Assembly: GCA_040954595.2 (NCBI GenBank)
Contig: CM082596.2
Location: forward strand, 186,001-250,000
DNA: 64,000 nucleotides
Direction of reading: 5' to 3'
Source: Balanoglossus misakiensis
Taxonomy: Eukaryota; Animalia; Hemichordata
Shown here: piece by piece, positions 1 through 12,220 of the stretch
How the letters are laid out: each line of letters begins with the position of its first letter
How positions within the stretch are numbered: position 1 is the first letter of the stretch
The notes under the pieces: generated by a model
What the model saw: the letters and a program-made list of their open reading frames with translations, nothing else
What the model was told of the DNA's origin: nothing
Database searches by the model: none
Program-made: the position numbers and the translations under genes

Positions 1-51
1 TCCTACAGAGTTACAGGGTTCAGTGGGTTAATCCTGTTATCGAAACCTCAC

Positions 52-3000
52 CTCGCCAATCCACCAGAGACAAGGCAATGCCAACTTTTCTAGTCCAAGA
101 CAATAAAATACTATACCACTGTCCACCTGTAGAGTACATAGGTTTGAGATTGTTTCAAACATTTTTCACGAACGTCTGAGTATTTAAATAATTTTGAAAT
201 TTCTTCAAGTATCATGAAATCAATCAAGATGATTAACCCTCTACTCATGAGCAACCTCAAATCCCAAATGTTGATGGGTCAAAGGTTACAGTGATGATCA
301 AGTGTAGATGGATGAAATCTATTCCATAGTGAAGGTTGATGATAGCCAGGACATGATCCTACATAAATTTAGCCAATGTGAACAATCCTAGGCAGGACGA
401 TAATTGCAAATGAACTTCAATCTTGGTGAAAACAAGCTTAAACATGTGTTTGTTATTCTAGAATGATCTACAATCAGTTGTATTGTTCAAATTATTAAAT
501 ATAACAATTCCTTTCTGTGGAATTTTACAAATAATTTAGTCTCGATCCCATGGTTCACCACTGGACAGAAATACCCAGTTGATCAGCTCACAGTCTATGA
601 TCAATGATGCCACTGACATAAGGAACACTTTTCAATTTATTTTCAAATGAGATACTGACAATAGGAACATTTGGAGTGCAGCTGACACTGAGGACTTCAA
701 TCATGGTTGCCACCTGAAAAAAAGGCAAAAACCACTGTCTCTTATATAACTCAGGTTTGGTGTGACAAAGACATCTCCTCAGAAGCAATTTAGCAGGCAC
801 TAGAAAATTGGAACAGGCATAAAGTGTCTCCAGACACAGCATGTAAGAATTTCTATCACATTTTCATGTCTAAAATGTTCTGACACACATACATCATGCT
901 GGTACAGGGGCATGCCATGTTTGAACAGTTTATGGTCAATAGAGTGTGAAGTGAAGGCTGCCTAGTCAGTGTGTAAACAAGACATTGTTGAGAACATCTG
1001 AGCTACTCTCTCCTCTCCAACTCAAACACCACATTTCACTCTCAAATTCAAACACTTCACAAATTTCCCTCTTCAGCTCAGTGGAGCTATTGGCCAAAAG
1101 CAGTTTTTTTTTCTTCCATCAGATCAAATCAAACATTTATATTCAAATCATCATGTTGAATATTCTCAGATTCCTAAACTGCACAAAACATAAAAAATAC
1201 AGATATGATTTTACTTCTGCAGTAACTCAATCACACACTGAGTAATGTCTGAGTTACGGAAGGTTCCTGCAGCCTGCAAAATTTAACAGGAGATTCTGTC
1301 CCAAAATAAATGCAAGAGATCTTGCATCTACCAAAAACACCATCCAATCTTCAAAGATATGTTTGGGATTCTCACCATTTAGCTATTATCTTTGAAAATG
1401 TATTTCAATGCTTGATGATGCATTGGGTCAATCAAATTCCGGTGATTATGTATATTTCAATGTGTATTAGCTCACATGAAATCAAACATGCCTTTTGAGG
1501 CCCTCTCCCATTTCTACAAAGTATCTACAATGTTTAAAACATTAAAAAGTAATTGCATTTCACTGGCTAATATTGTTTTTAAAAAATCCAGTTAGTTCAT
1601 TGCAAATTGCCATCCCAACTACGTATAACATTTCATGAACTTAAAGGGTGCTACTAAAGATCAGGATCTTTTCACACCCTTGTTTAGAATAATCCATAGG
1701 TTGAATTTAATTTGAACCACATTTGGATGGCTAAGTCTGAGAATGGCTGGGTTAATTTGCTGTCACTTGGCATGAAAAACACTCATTGTCTGCATGGTAA
1801 TTAGCACCTAGAACAATGAAAACCTAACAAATATACTTAATGGACAAACGCCAAGAGACAAAGACAGTGTACTGCCAAACCAACCTTTCTCAATCCCTTA
1901 TCCATGCAACTTCTCTAGAAAAAATAATTTTTCATGCTTTTAAACATATAAAGCTTGCTATTCTAATGTTTGCAAGTTCACTAATTGGTTCTATAAACCA
2001 ACTGATCATTGTAGAAAGGAACACTAGTCCATGATCCTATAATTACAGTGTTATTTTAACCACATGAAAAGATTTTAAGACTGTATTGCTGCATTATTTC
2101 CTTCAATTTCCAATGGCTCATTGCCCTATTTAATTTATAAATGGTGAAGTCTTTTGGTAACTTCATGTTTCCAAAGCGTACTTTTAATATATGTGCTGTA
2201 GAAACTCACTAAACCATATGAGCTAATTTTTGGAAATTCCAATCCTTTGCCATAGAAGACATTTTTATCCTGTTCTATAATCAGCATGCTTTATTCCCGC
2301 TACACAAATTAAAGCTTCAAAGAAAAATCAATTTATTTGGTCATGGTCTTCTATCTTGACCACTTCTATGTGAAGAAATATGAAGCTACATGGTTCAACA
2401 AAGAACAGTACGAATTTTGCTCTATAATCAAATCAGAAAATATCCAGTTAACATTCCAAGCAATCTTGATACACCTCTTTAACAAGATTAAGATCACTGT
2501 AAAATTTTAATTTCCTATGGAAATCTTAGGAATTGGTATGTCCTATGCTCTGGTTAACTCAATCATTAGTGTTATTCACATTACATTACAATCTGATCCT
2601 CTAGCACTTGGCTGTGGAGTCGGATTTGTTCACGTCCACACTTGTAAAATTTAAATCAGTGCTTTACTCCGGGACAACAAACTTTCTTGCTATTAAAAGT
2701 CAGTGGAAATTTCATTAAGAATTCTTAGAGGTCAAAAGCTTTTCACACCTTATCAAATGTTTATTTGAGTTCCTTTCTTAGAAGCAGGAATGTTTAGTGA
2801 AGAAGAAAACTTATAAGAAACTGATCAAGCAATAACTGGTGATCAGTAATATACATGATTCATTATTTAATGTGGGAGAGAAACCTACGTTTCAAAGAAG
2901 TACTTTAAAATAAGTTGAAAAAAGTGACATTTTTGGAAAAGACGAATATTTTTGTTTGCAGAAGGAGATTATACTCCTCGTAGTTAATACTTAAGTATGA

Positions 3001-3930
3001 CGCAAGTATGAAAGTAAAATTCGCTTGAGAAAGTGAGTTTTACTATTGTCATACTTCAGTATTGAGTTTGATTGTTGTCGTTTCTGATCCCCTATTTGGG
3101 ATGGCAAAATGACACCTCTTTTAAAATGTTGACACTGTCCCCTTCGACGTGAGCTCCTGTGAATTTTGCTGAATAAATTTACCACTACTGTGACAGTCTT
3201 TTCTCTCTGTGTTTGCCGAATTGACCTCACAGGTCATCACAAGATTTGTTGCTTGCGTGCACAAAGATTAGTAAATTGCGTTACCTAGCGAAGACGGGTT
3301 TCCGGTGGTAATTACATTTTATGGTAGTAATTCTCTCGGTGTAATTGGTTGGGTCAGGAGACGAACTGGCTAGTTTTTACAGATTCTGATGTATGTTTGG
3401 TTGAAAACAGTGTGTCACGTCAAAACACGCTGCGCTAAATGCAAGCTTTCAATGGTAAATGGGTCTGAACCACCATCGCCGAACGATGATTGAAGACGCA
3501 TCTATATCTTGCAGCTGTGACGAACATTTCAGTCCGCGGTTTAAATTTATTTATAACACGGCTACCAATATTTGCAAACAGTGTGTAAAAACTGCACTGG
3601 GGTGCAAAAAGTTCGAAAATGTTGTCCTGTGATACAGGAAAGTATAGGTGTCCACACAAAACGGGCAGTAAATATGCACTATGTTGATAAACTGTTCACT
3701 CAAAGAACGGAGCTGAGCAAAGGCTTCGTTCCGATGATACCGCAGCTGGTCCGTAAATTTCCCGTTCGTGTGCAACACATAACCTTTCCGTGGTACCACA
3801 GCATTGTATTCGGCTGTCCAAGTATTCATCCACTAAGAAAACCGAAAGTTTCGACACTACTCACCCCAAACCGCTTGTTTAACGCTCAAAACCAGGAGAA
3901 GTACAACCAAGCCCGTCGCCATCTTCATTC
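52..3930 (-). other. Unidentified spliced transcription unit (5' part; probably continues off the left edge)
   Basis: Exon-like blocks with ag/gt boundaries on the minus strand: about 713-592 (VATMIEVLSVSCTPNVP..DHR), about 358-238, and 126-52 (open frame VDSGIVFYCLGLEKLALPCLWWIGE). Candidate first exons end at about 3865 (MKMATGLVVLLLVLSVKQAVW|gtgagt) and about 3285 (|gtaacg). The blocks do not join into one open frame and I recognise no protein. Confidence 0.3.
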
Positions 3931-4336
3931 GCCATTACCCAGAATCATTATGAATGCAAGTATAGCCGTTCCCACAACCTCCCCCCGGGAATCTCGCAAT
4001 GGGTACGGTTGTCGGCTACACCCTGCAGACTGGTTCAACAGACTTGACATGACTACGCGTATTCACTCTAGTATATATGTAGTACCTTCAAAAACAATAT
4101 ACTGTATATGGTTTTTGAAGAAGAATATTTTTCTCGCAGAAAGCATGATTATATTCGGGCCAAATGGTAGCCTACCCGCTTCATGCACAGCCAGCGATCA
4201 TGGCACAGGACCAGTGATTTTTCGCAAAACCCCTTGGCTTGTCCGATGCGCCAATTAAATTGTACCAACGTATTACTATGACAATTTTCTATTAACATTC
4301 GACGGTAATTATTTGGGACTAAAATGGCAAAATAGA

Positions 4337-4415
4337 TCACCATCATCATCATTACCACCACCACCACCACCACCACCACCGTCGTCATCATCACCATCAT
4401 CATCATCATCATCAT
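4337..4415. repeat. (CAT)n/(CAC)n trinucleotide microsatellite
   Basis: Direct reading: catcatcatc..caccaccaccacc..catcatcatcat. It explains the spurious poly-M/poly-V ORF at 4149-4415. Confidence 0.95.
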
Positions 4416-5577
4416 AAAAACATGGATGACAAATATTAGCGCTAGCAGAGGAAAGTTAAAGAATTGAAAGTTCTGAAAGTTCGTTGTAAGTATAAGATCA
4501 ACTGTTACTTCATTACAAATGTGCCTATCGCCTAGCGAAAGACGGTATATAAGTTGACAGTGTTCGGGTTGTGAGTGCAGAGCCGGATGAACAAGACTGG
4601 AGCTTGTTCTTTTTCAAGTTAAGAAAGTAGTCCTACAATGAACGCTCGCATCGACTGGATGGTTGGACAATCAAGCAAGGCGAGCAAAATTAGCAACAGG
4701 GAAACGTCAACTCGATAGCCAGAATCGCCTGCGTTTTGGCGATTATTGAAGTCTTCGCGAGTATGCCTTGATTTATGATAAAGTGAAAGTAGTCGGATAT
4801 AATGGCGTTGAGGGCGCTATTCGCGACAACTTCCCGTATTTCCACTGCCTTCAAACGCAGATGACCATCTCTGCCAAGGAGTTGAGCAGGAATGCCTTAT
4901 TCTATTCATGGCTGTCATTGGCCAACTGTCGACTATAAAATAATGAAGATTTTCCTCACACATACAATGATATCTCTTATTAGTCCTCACTCCATCAGAA
5001 CTAAACATGTACATCACAATATGCATGAACACTCAATCAACAAAAACACACAGGATATTGCTCACGTTCAGACATTCCATTTAATGAAGAAAGGATATTC
5101 AGAAACACAGCAAATGTTTTCAATACAAAAAGACATAAGCTTCTGCATGTTATGATTACAAGAAAAAACTCTTTTGATCATGAAACACTGGACACAAGGC
5201 AAACCCTGTTTTTTGGATGGTTCTTGGACATTTGCTGGTTTCAAAGTCAACAAACCATTTGAAATTCTTTACATTTAGTTTCTCTACAAGAAGTAATTTA
5301 TCTACAAAATGTAATCATGTCACTACAGGCAATTTTTCTCCCCTACAATCTGTATTATGATGACCATTTTCAAAATACCTTGTTTGTGTATAAATGCATC
5401 TCTGATAATTACTGGTAATGTCTATCTGCAGGCACACAATTTTGAAATTGGCTGATACAAAATAAACAAAATGACATTTTCATAACACTGTGAGTAAGCA
5501 AACCTGTAAAATGAGTGAAATTCTAATGTCAATATTCTCACAGAACAGGCAATCTAGCTATCCTGACAACCTACGAG

Positions 5578-7537
5578 TTATTGTATGGGTAAGTTGAGCA
5601 ACGTGTTTTGTCCTGCTGGTAGATATGCAATATTGCGCGACTGTGACATTTGATGTGCGATGTCTTCAGCAGCTTCAATCTTTCTCAGTTCAACCAATCC
5701 TTCTCCTGCTTCTTTGAAAGCAATGGCCAACAGATCTGCACCAATGGAGTCCCCCTCAGCTGATATTATTGTAGCTCTCTTCTGTTGTTCTGCCTGAAAG
5801 TGTTCAATAATACAATGTACGTCAATGGTTGTAGAGTTCAAATGGCCATCTTATACGATTTGCACGACCTTCTCACCTATAGTATTACCCTGTAATAGTG
5901 CAAGTCAAAAAATTCAAATGAAGTATCACCTAATTTGAAATCATGATCTATGTAATTATAACTCACCTTTTCTACAATAAACCTCGCCTTTTCAGCTTCC
6001 TGCTGTGCAACTTGCTTCAATTCTACAGCCAGTGTGAACTCCCTTCCAAAAGTTAAATGGGTCTATGGAGAAAAATGCAAAGTTCATTACAAGTAATCTT
6101 AAACAAGCAATATCAAAGTTTTCACACATACAAACTTGAACCTATATTTTCCTAATCCTTTAACATCACTCATGGTCTTTTTGCCAGAGGACCATATATC
6201 TTTCTTTCTTTCATGGATTTGACTTTACTGAGTGTTATTGGATAGTTCTCTGCGCTATGCTGTTTTGTGTTTGTTTTTAGTTAGAACTGGTAATGCAAAT
6301 GTGACCTATTTTGGGCATGATAAGGATGGTTATGGTCACAATTGTAATATTCGCATACTTACAATAGAAATATCATCTAAAATGAGTCCAAAATTGGCAG
6401 CTCTTTCAATCAGTTCTTCTCTGACTTTCAAAGAGACAATTTCTCTCTGTGTAATTAATTCACTGGCATCAAACTGGGCCTGACAAAAGAAAACACAGGT
6501 ATTCAGGGTTAACATGTGATTCCACATATATACTGGTCAATGCAGACGAGGGAGTTGGAAACAATGAAAACAACTATTGAATATTTCAATACTTACAACA
6601 ACAGCTTTCAGGACTTCATTGGTAATAGATGGAAGGACTCTGTCATCATAATCCTCTCCTAAACTGACATACATGTGTGGAAGTTTTTCCGGTACGGGTT
6701 TGAATAAAATACGAAGTGTGATATTCACATTCTGTAAATCTGAAACAAAACCACCCAGATTATATTGCAGTACGTTGTCACCTTGCTTGAGAATCAAGTG
6801 TGAAATGTAGAAGTACACTATCATCACATAGCTGCAAAGGGAGATTGATTTTCTCAATGACGGTTTGCTGATGTGCAGTAAGAGTTGTCCACTGTGTGTT
6901 GACAGAATATGTGATCTGTTGCCAACTGCATAGCCCCACTGGACCAATAAATTAAGAAAACCCTCAACGAAACCATACCAGAATGAATCTAGTCTAGACA
7001 CTTTACTGGTGTCATGCACTCCACCTTGTGACTTATGAGTTTGGCTCTGGAAGGTCAGTTGTCTTACCTTTTGTACCAGTTACCACAGGGACATTTCTGG
7101 GTCTGTCACGACAATCAAAGAAGATAGGTTTTTGTACCCATGGAATGAGGAAATGTGTTCCTTCTCCACTCACTTCCTGTAACACTCCCCGAAATCTATC
7201 AAATATAACTGCACGGTGTGCGGCCTCAACTAAAAGGTAAAGAAAAATAAACCATCATAAACTCTGTCCAATATTATTCTCTGCACAAAATGAGCAACCT
7301 ACATGAAATTTAACATGATGATGCAAGTTACACAACTTCAGTCATCGTTTGATCATTCCACGGGAATCACCTAGCGAGAAGTGAATCGCAGTGTATACAA
7401 CTAAAATGACCATAATATATGATATTCAGAATGTACTGACCGTTGTATAAAGCTGAATTGAGTATTCCTCCGGCAAGTGCAACACCTATGCCCACTTTGC
7501 CAAGTGTATTGAAAAGATTCGTGATAGCGGCAGCCAT
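5578..7537 (-). CDS. PHB1: Prohibitin-1 (SPFH/band 7 mitochondrial protein), 6 coding exons, about 276 aa
   Basis: Exons 7537-7441, 7229-7068, 6739-6597, 6479-6363, 6062-5967, 5793-5578; all GT-AG, 831 nt in frame. Hallmark peptides: [88 protein letters not shown]. Confidence 0.97.
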
Positions 7538-8050
7538 TTTGGATCACCGGTGCAGAGCCAATATTAACTTTGTAGAACGTTTACGAAGGGGAAATGTTTT
7601 TAACGGATCTTTCTTCTTTAAAGAACTAGATGTTATATACTTTGGAATAAACACGAGCAATTTTTCGGATGACGCAAAGCCAACTCCCTTGCAGAACTGC
7701 AGCAATTACCAACCGCAGATCGAGTTCGATGCAGCGTGCGTATAGGCTAAAAGCGCAGGCGCAGTAAACACCTCTTTCCACTCACGGAAGTAGAAAACCC
7801 GAATCACAAGGCATGTGTTTTCCTAGTTTTGTTCTATATACTCATAAAAAATTAAAAAATAAATTATAATATTTAACATTCAATATTGTATTTAATTTAT
7901 TTGAGAGTAATAAAACAATCGTTGAGGAATTTTGAGACCGTGTTTGAACGAGGGTCATGACCCTTAACCTTTGCAAGCGTGGTTTAAACGAACGCTGTAT
8001 CTTGATGCAAGCACGTTGTCGCTGGTGAAATCGGACACAGCAATCATCAG
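7538..8050. promoter_or_regulatory. Bidirectional PHB1/SSB promoter and SSB non-coding first exon
   Basis: Divergent genes with start codons about 700 bp apart. NRF1-like GCGCAGGCGCA at 7753-7763, TCT-like CCTCTTTCC at 7771-7779, ETS/GABP ACGGAAGT at 7784-7791, and YY1-like AAAATGGCTGCC over the PHB1 ATG. Donor CAG|GTAAGG at 8050/8051. Confidence 0.7.
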
Positions 8051-8240
8051 GTAAGGTTTCGTCAGTTTCAAACGTGATTGCGAGAGTGTTAAACTAGAGT
8101 AAGGACGTCATATGGATGAAGGAACCCCACATGGTCTATGTGTTACAATCAAACGTTGCTGAACCTGAAGATATCGTCGTATTCGTATTCCGCTATTCGT
8201 GTTGATTCTTACTAGTATTTGTTTTCATTCCATCAGCAGA

Positions 8241-11200
8241 ATGGCAGAAAATGGAAACACAGAAAAGAACCCATCTGTTCTTGAGTCAAAGATAATCAGA
8301 CAAATTGAGGTAATGTTTTTGCTTTATTTTCCTATACTTGATGTAGAAACGGAAAGGGAAACTATGCTATGGGGGGGGGGGGGGGGGGGGTCCAGGAGCT
8401 TCTTTTGTTTTTATGCTGTTCACAGATGGCGTTATTTTCTCCATTGGTTCATTTTTTCCTATGTTTTTAACATTGATACAAATTAGTGATTATCTAAATG
8501 GTAATGAACATCAACAATTTCCACATTTACTTTCTTTCAGTATTACTTTGGTGACATCAATTTGAGAAAGGATAAATTTCTCCAATCAAAAATTACAGAA
8601 GATGATGGGTGTATCCTTTCATTTACTATATCTGATCTTGAGCATATTTGGATCGAGACTGTTCAATCTTTTCTCAGAACACAGAAGCATTTGTGGTGAG
8701 GATTGAGTGTTATTCATAGCAACCAGTACAGTTTCTGTTAGTTTTATCAATGGACAATTGATGAGTCAATGCCAGCATTGAGTTGGAGTTAGTTATAAAT
8801 AATATACAAAATGATTCTCTGTGTCTATGACAAATCAATTTGACTTAACTCACCTATCCAGGGGTGACATTGGAAACACTCACCACTTTCAATAGACTCA
8901 AACAGTTGTCCTCCGATTGTGATGCCATTGTTTCAGCACTGAAGAAATCTAAATCTGGATTACTGGAGGTAAGAAAATGCTATGCATTCTGATTCCTTGT
9001 GGAGATATCCCATGATTAATTCTAATTTGTATCATTTGAGATTCCTCTTTGTGGCAAAATGATGAAACAGTCTCTTATGAGCGTTGAATTGATATCTTAA
9101 TAGGTCTAGTATGATGGGCTGTTCTTTGAAATATTTTCCTTTAGATTAGTGAAGACGGGAAGAAGTTGCGTCGGTCTCTTTCTCATCCACTTCCTGAAGA
9201 AACAGATGAACTCAGAGCAGACCTTAAGTCAAGAAGTGTGTATTGTGTAAGTATTCTATTAGCAGCTTACAATTTTGCTGCAGCAATCATGATTGTCTAC
9301 ATTTATCTGAAGTGATTTGTTACTTATGCATGTCAATAAAACTATTATATTTTTTCTCTGCCATTTCAGAAAGGATTTCCCACAGATGCAGGTCTGGATA
9401 ATATTCAAGAGTTCTTTGACAAGCATGGCAAAGTTTCTGCCATTCAGCTTAGAAAAACACTTGACACAAAAGAGTTCAAGGTGGGTTATCTTGGGAGACC
9501 ATGAGATTTCATGTGCCTGGTAATAAGCAGACTATTCTTTAGCTCTGACGTCATTGGTTACCTGTAGAAGTCCAAAATATATGCAATCATTGGATGAAGT
9601 ATATAGGCATGCTTTATATTCATCCAAGAAATTACTTTAATCTGGACATGACAAGAGACACTGGGATTAACACTTTTCCAATGCTGCTCCTTTGTTGTGG
9701 AATGAGTATTCTTTTTCATGTGAATCTTTGTTTCATCTGCTTTATTATAATGGACAGGGGTCGGTGTTTGCAATTTTTGATAATTTAGAAGAAGCTAAAA
9801 TATTTGTAGAAGCTGAATCAATCAAGTATGGAGAGACAGAAACAGTCAGATTATTAAAGTGAGTAAAATTTTATGGTTCATTTAACTGTTCAAAACTAAA
9901 TCATGTTGATTTCACAATTTGGGGTTCAATGGACATTCAACTAATGTTCTGATGTTGCAGTGTTTTACCTTTTATGTCTAGAAAAGAAAACATTTTCATT
10001 TAAAAAATTCAGATTACAACTTTTCTCATATGCCCTTACTTTGTTTACAGAAATGACTACTTCAAAAAGAAGCAAGATGAACGAAAGAAAGCAAAATTGG
10101 AGGAAAAAGTAAAGAAAGAGAAGTAAGTTTCCTCACAAAATTGGAAGCATTTGTGCAAAGTAAAACATCACCAAAGGCAAAGATTAAAGTGTTCTTGTAC
10201 TTATTTGATTTGATTATCCAGACTGAACTTTCTCTATTGAAATCTTGAACCCAATACTCAGTATAGAGATCCTTGTTGCTTACCATATGCCCAGTTTATA
10301 ATATGCAAGATTGAATTGCCCAAATGTCACCAACAAACTGTGAATAGTAATCAATGATACACTTGCCAGTAATTGGAAAAATGTCATATTTTCAGAGAAA
10401 AAGATGAGAAGGTGAAAAAGGAAGAAGAGGAGGTAAGGCCACCAACTTTTTATTTCCCATGTATAGTTATTAGTGACAGCTTCTGCAAGAAGTCGGTGAT
10501 TGTGAAAACATTAAATATATAAAAATAATAATAAAAACTTCAATTTAGTACATAAATCTTTTGATATTTTCAGGCTGAACAAGAGTATGAAGCAGGGTGT
10601 ATTCTATTCTTTAGTGGAGCTAATCAACATACTTCAAGAGAAGATTTGCAAGATGTCTTCGACAAACATGGCAGTATTAGGTGGATTGACTTTACCAGAG
10701 GAGAAAAAGAGGTCAGTGCTAAGAATTTCACTTGCCTTACTTCCTGTATCATTGCATTATGGGTAATTGATCCGTTTTGTTCATGGTATAAGGCTAATTA
10801 CTGCATTTCATTTTCAGGGTTACATCCGATTTGAAGAAGGCATAGCTCAGAAAGCTGCAGATAAAGTCAAAGAATCAAACGATGGGAAGATTATTGTCAA
10901 TGATGAAGAATTATCAGTGAGAGTTCTTGAAGGAGAGGAAGAAAAGACCAAATGGCATGAAATTAGGGAACAACAAATGAAAATGAGGCAAATGAAAAGA
11001 GGAGGTGAGGGAGAATAAAGACAACATGAAAATAAATATTCACATTTTGATATGGAAAGTCTGATACAATTACAGCAACAATTTCCCTTATAGTGTGGAA
11101 CACAACATATGCCATTACCTTTCACAATGATCAGTTATTTGTACATTCTTACAGCAAGAAAACGAAAACCGTTCAAAGGTAGACAGTCTCGGGATTTCAA

Positions 11201-11546
11201 AAAGAAGACCAAATATGAAGGAAAGAAGACTGTTTTCGACAGTGATGAAGACGATGATGGTGATGAAGATGATGATGATGACAATGTTAGCGATAAAGGT
11301 AAAATCCAATTTCTTCAATTGAAACTATAAAAGTTATCATAGATGAACATTCTTAGTGAAGGATACCAAGTCTTTAGACATTTCATGTCACGAATTGACG
11401 GATGGAATTAATGTGTCGTGTCATTTCCTTCTTTCCCAGGAGGAAACAAGGATGAGAGCAAATCAGTAAAGCGCCCTCATGAGGACAAAGGTGATGCAGC
11501 AGAACCAGCTACAAAACAGATCAAGACAGAGACAACAGCTGAATGA
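8241..11546 (+). CDS. SSB: Lupus La protein homolog (La motif, RRM1, RRM2, acidic tract, C-terminal NLS), 12 coding exons, about 414 aa
   Basis: Exons 8241-8309, 8541-8610, 8862-8968, 9145-9246, 9370-9480, 9758-9858, 10051-10122, 10396-10432, 10574-10711, 10818-11004, 11155-11298, 11440-11546 (1245 nt). Peptides: MAENG..KIIRQIEYYFGDINLRKDKFL, GWVTLETLTTFNRLK, RSVYCKGFP, FKGSVFAIF, TSREDLQDVF..WIDFTRGEKEGYIRF, KRPHED..PATKQIKTE. AATAAA at 12107-12112. Confidence 0.96.
8371..8390 (+). repeat. G20 homopolymer in an SSB intron
   Basis: Twenty consecutive G residues read directly. Confidence 0.9.
8611..8861 (+). other. U12-type (minor spliceosome) GT-AG intron in SSB
   Basis: 5' splice site GTATCCTTT is the U12 consensus. 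Branch-like TGACTTAAC at 8841-8849 lies about 13 nt before the AG, and there is no long polypyrimidine tract. Splicing restores the Trp codon T|GG of DDGWVTL. Confidence 0.9.
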
Positions 11547-12168
11547 GGCTTCTAGCTAGCAGTTATATTGTTCAGTCACCACTGTAGAACTGAGGTTTTC
11601 TGTTTGTCATTTTAGGTACACAAATTCGTAAACATGTCTGCCATTAAATTCTTACCAAGTGAAGAGGTGGAATTTGGTTACCTCGCACAAGTGGACAGTT
11701 ATAGAATAAGCAACTTCTGTACTTATCTGTGTAATGGCAGCATTCCAGAGTTTATACTTTATCACATATTCCATATTTTTCAAACTTGGAACACAAGCTA
11801 GCAGAGAACTGCATTAAAGAAGTTGTCAAAGTAAATAGCTTGGACCCAAACTGTGATCCAAGTGCCAGAGTTATTCTACACGTAAAACCATTATGTTTGA
11901 GAAAAATTAGTTTAGCCTTTGATGACAGTTATATTCACAGTATAATGTAACATTTTTTATGAAGAACACATTCTTGCTGTCGTTATTTAAGTTCTTTGTA
12001 AGGCAGTGTTTGCTTCAATCTTTTGTTTGTATCTTTGTTAGAGTGACCATTTTTATTTGGTTCTCATCTTCAGCCTGTTGTCAACATTATTTGGTCAATA
12101 AGATAAAATAAAGCAAATGAAAATTTTAAAGTGTCTGTCATACTGCTACATTGTGAATTGAGCATTGT

Positions 12169-12171
<3 letters not shown>

Positions 12172-12207
<36 letters not shown>

Positions 12208-12220
12208 GGGGAGGGAGAGA
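12172..12220. repeat. (GA)n microsatellite
   Basis: gagagagag... run between the convergent 3' ends of SSB and the neuropeptide gene. Confidence 0.95.

Noticed and set aside
237-358. In-frame TGA codons read as selenocysteine
   Set aside because: No similarity to known selenoproteins, no consistent frame across exons and no SECIS visible.
3572-4258. 228-aa plus-strand ORF
   Set aside because: Non-ATG start, no recognisable domain and no splice context. It overlaps a CpG-rich promoter-like region antisense to a candidate first exon.
4545-4660. TATA + GCCGGATGA + hairpin + T-run resembling tRNA-Sec or another Pol III gene
   Set aside because: No acceptor-stem partner, T-arm (GTTC) or long variable arm can be built, and the putative stems overlap each other.
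6300-6340. Hairpin TGTGACC..GGTCACA plus ACA in a PHB1 intron as an H/ACA snoRNA
   Set aside because: Single hairpin only about 20 nt from the donor, with no upstream hairpin or H box in the sense orientation.
7961-7977. CCTTAAC..AAG as a second U12 branch site and acceptor
   Set aside because: No RTATCCTT donor upstream.
9059-9120. ATGATGA box C in a La intron
   Set aside because: No CTGA D box or terminal stem at a suitable distance.
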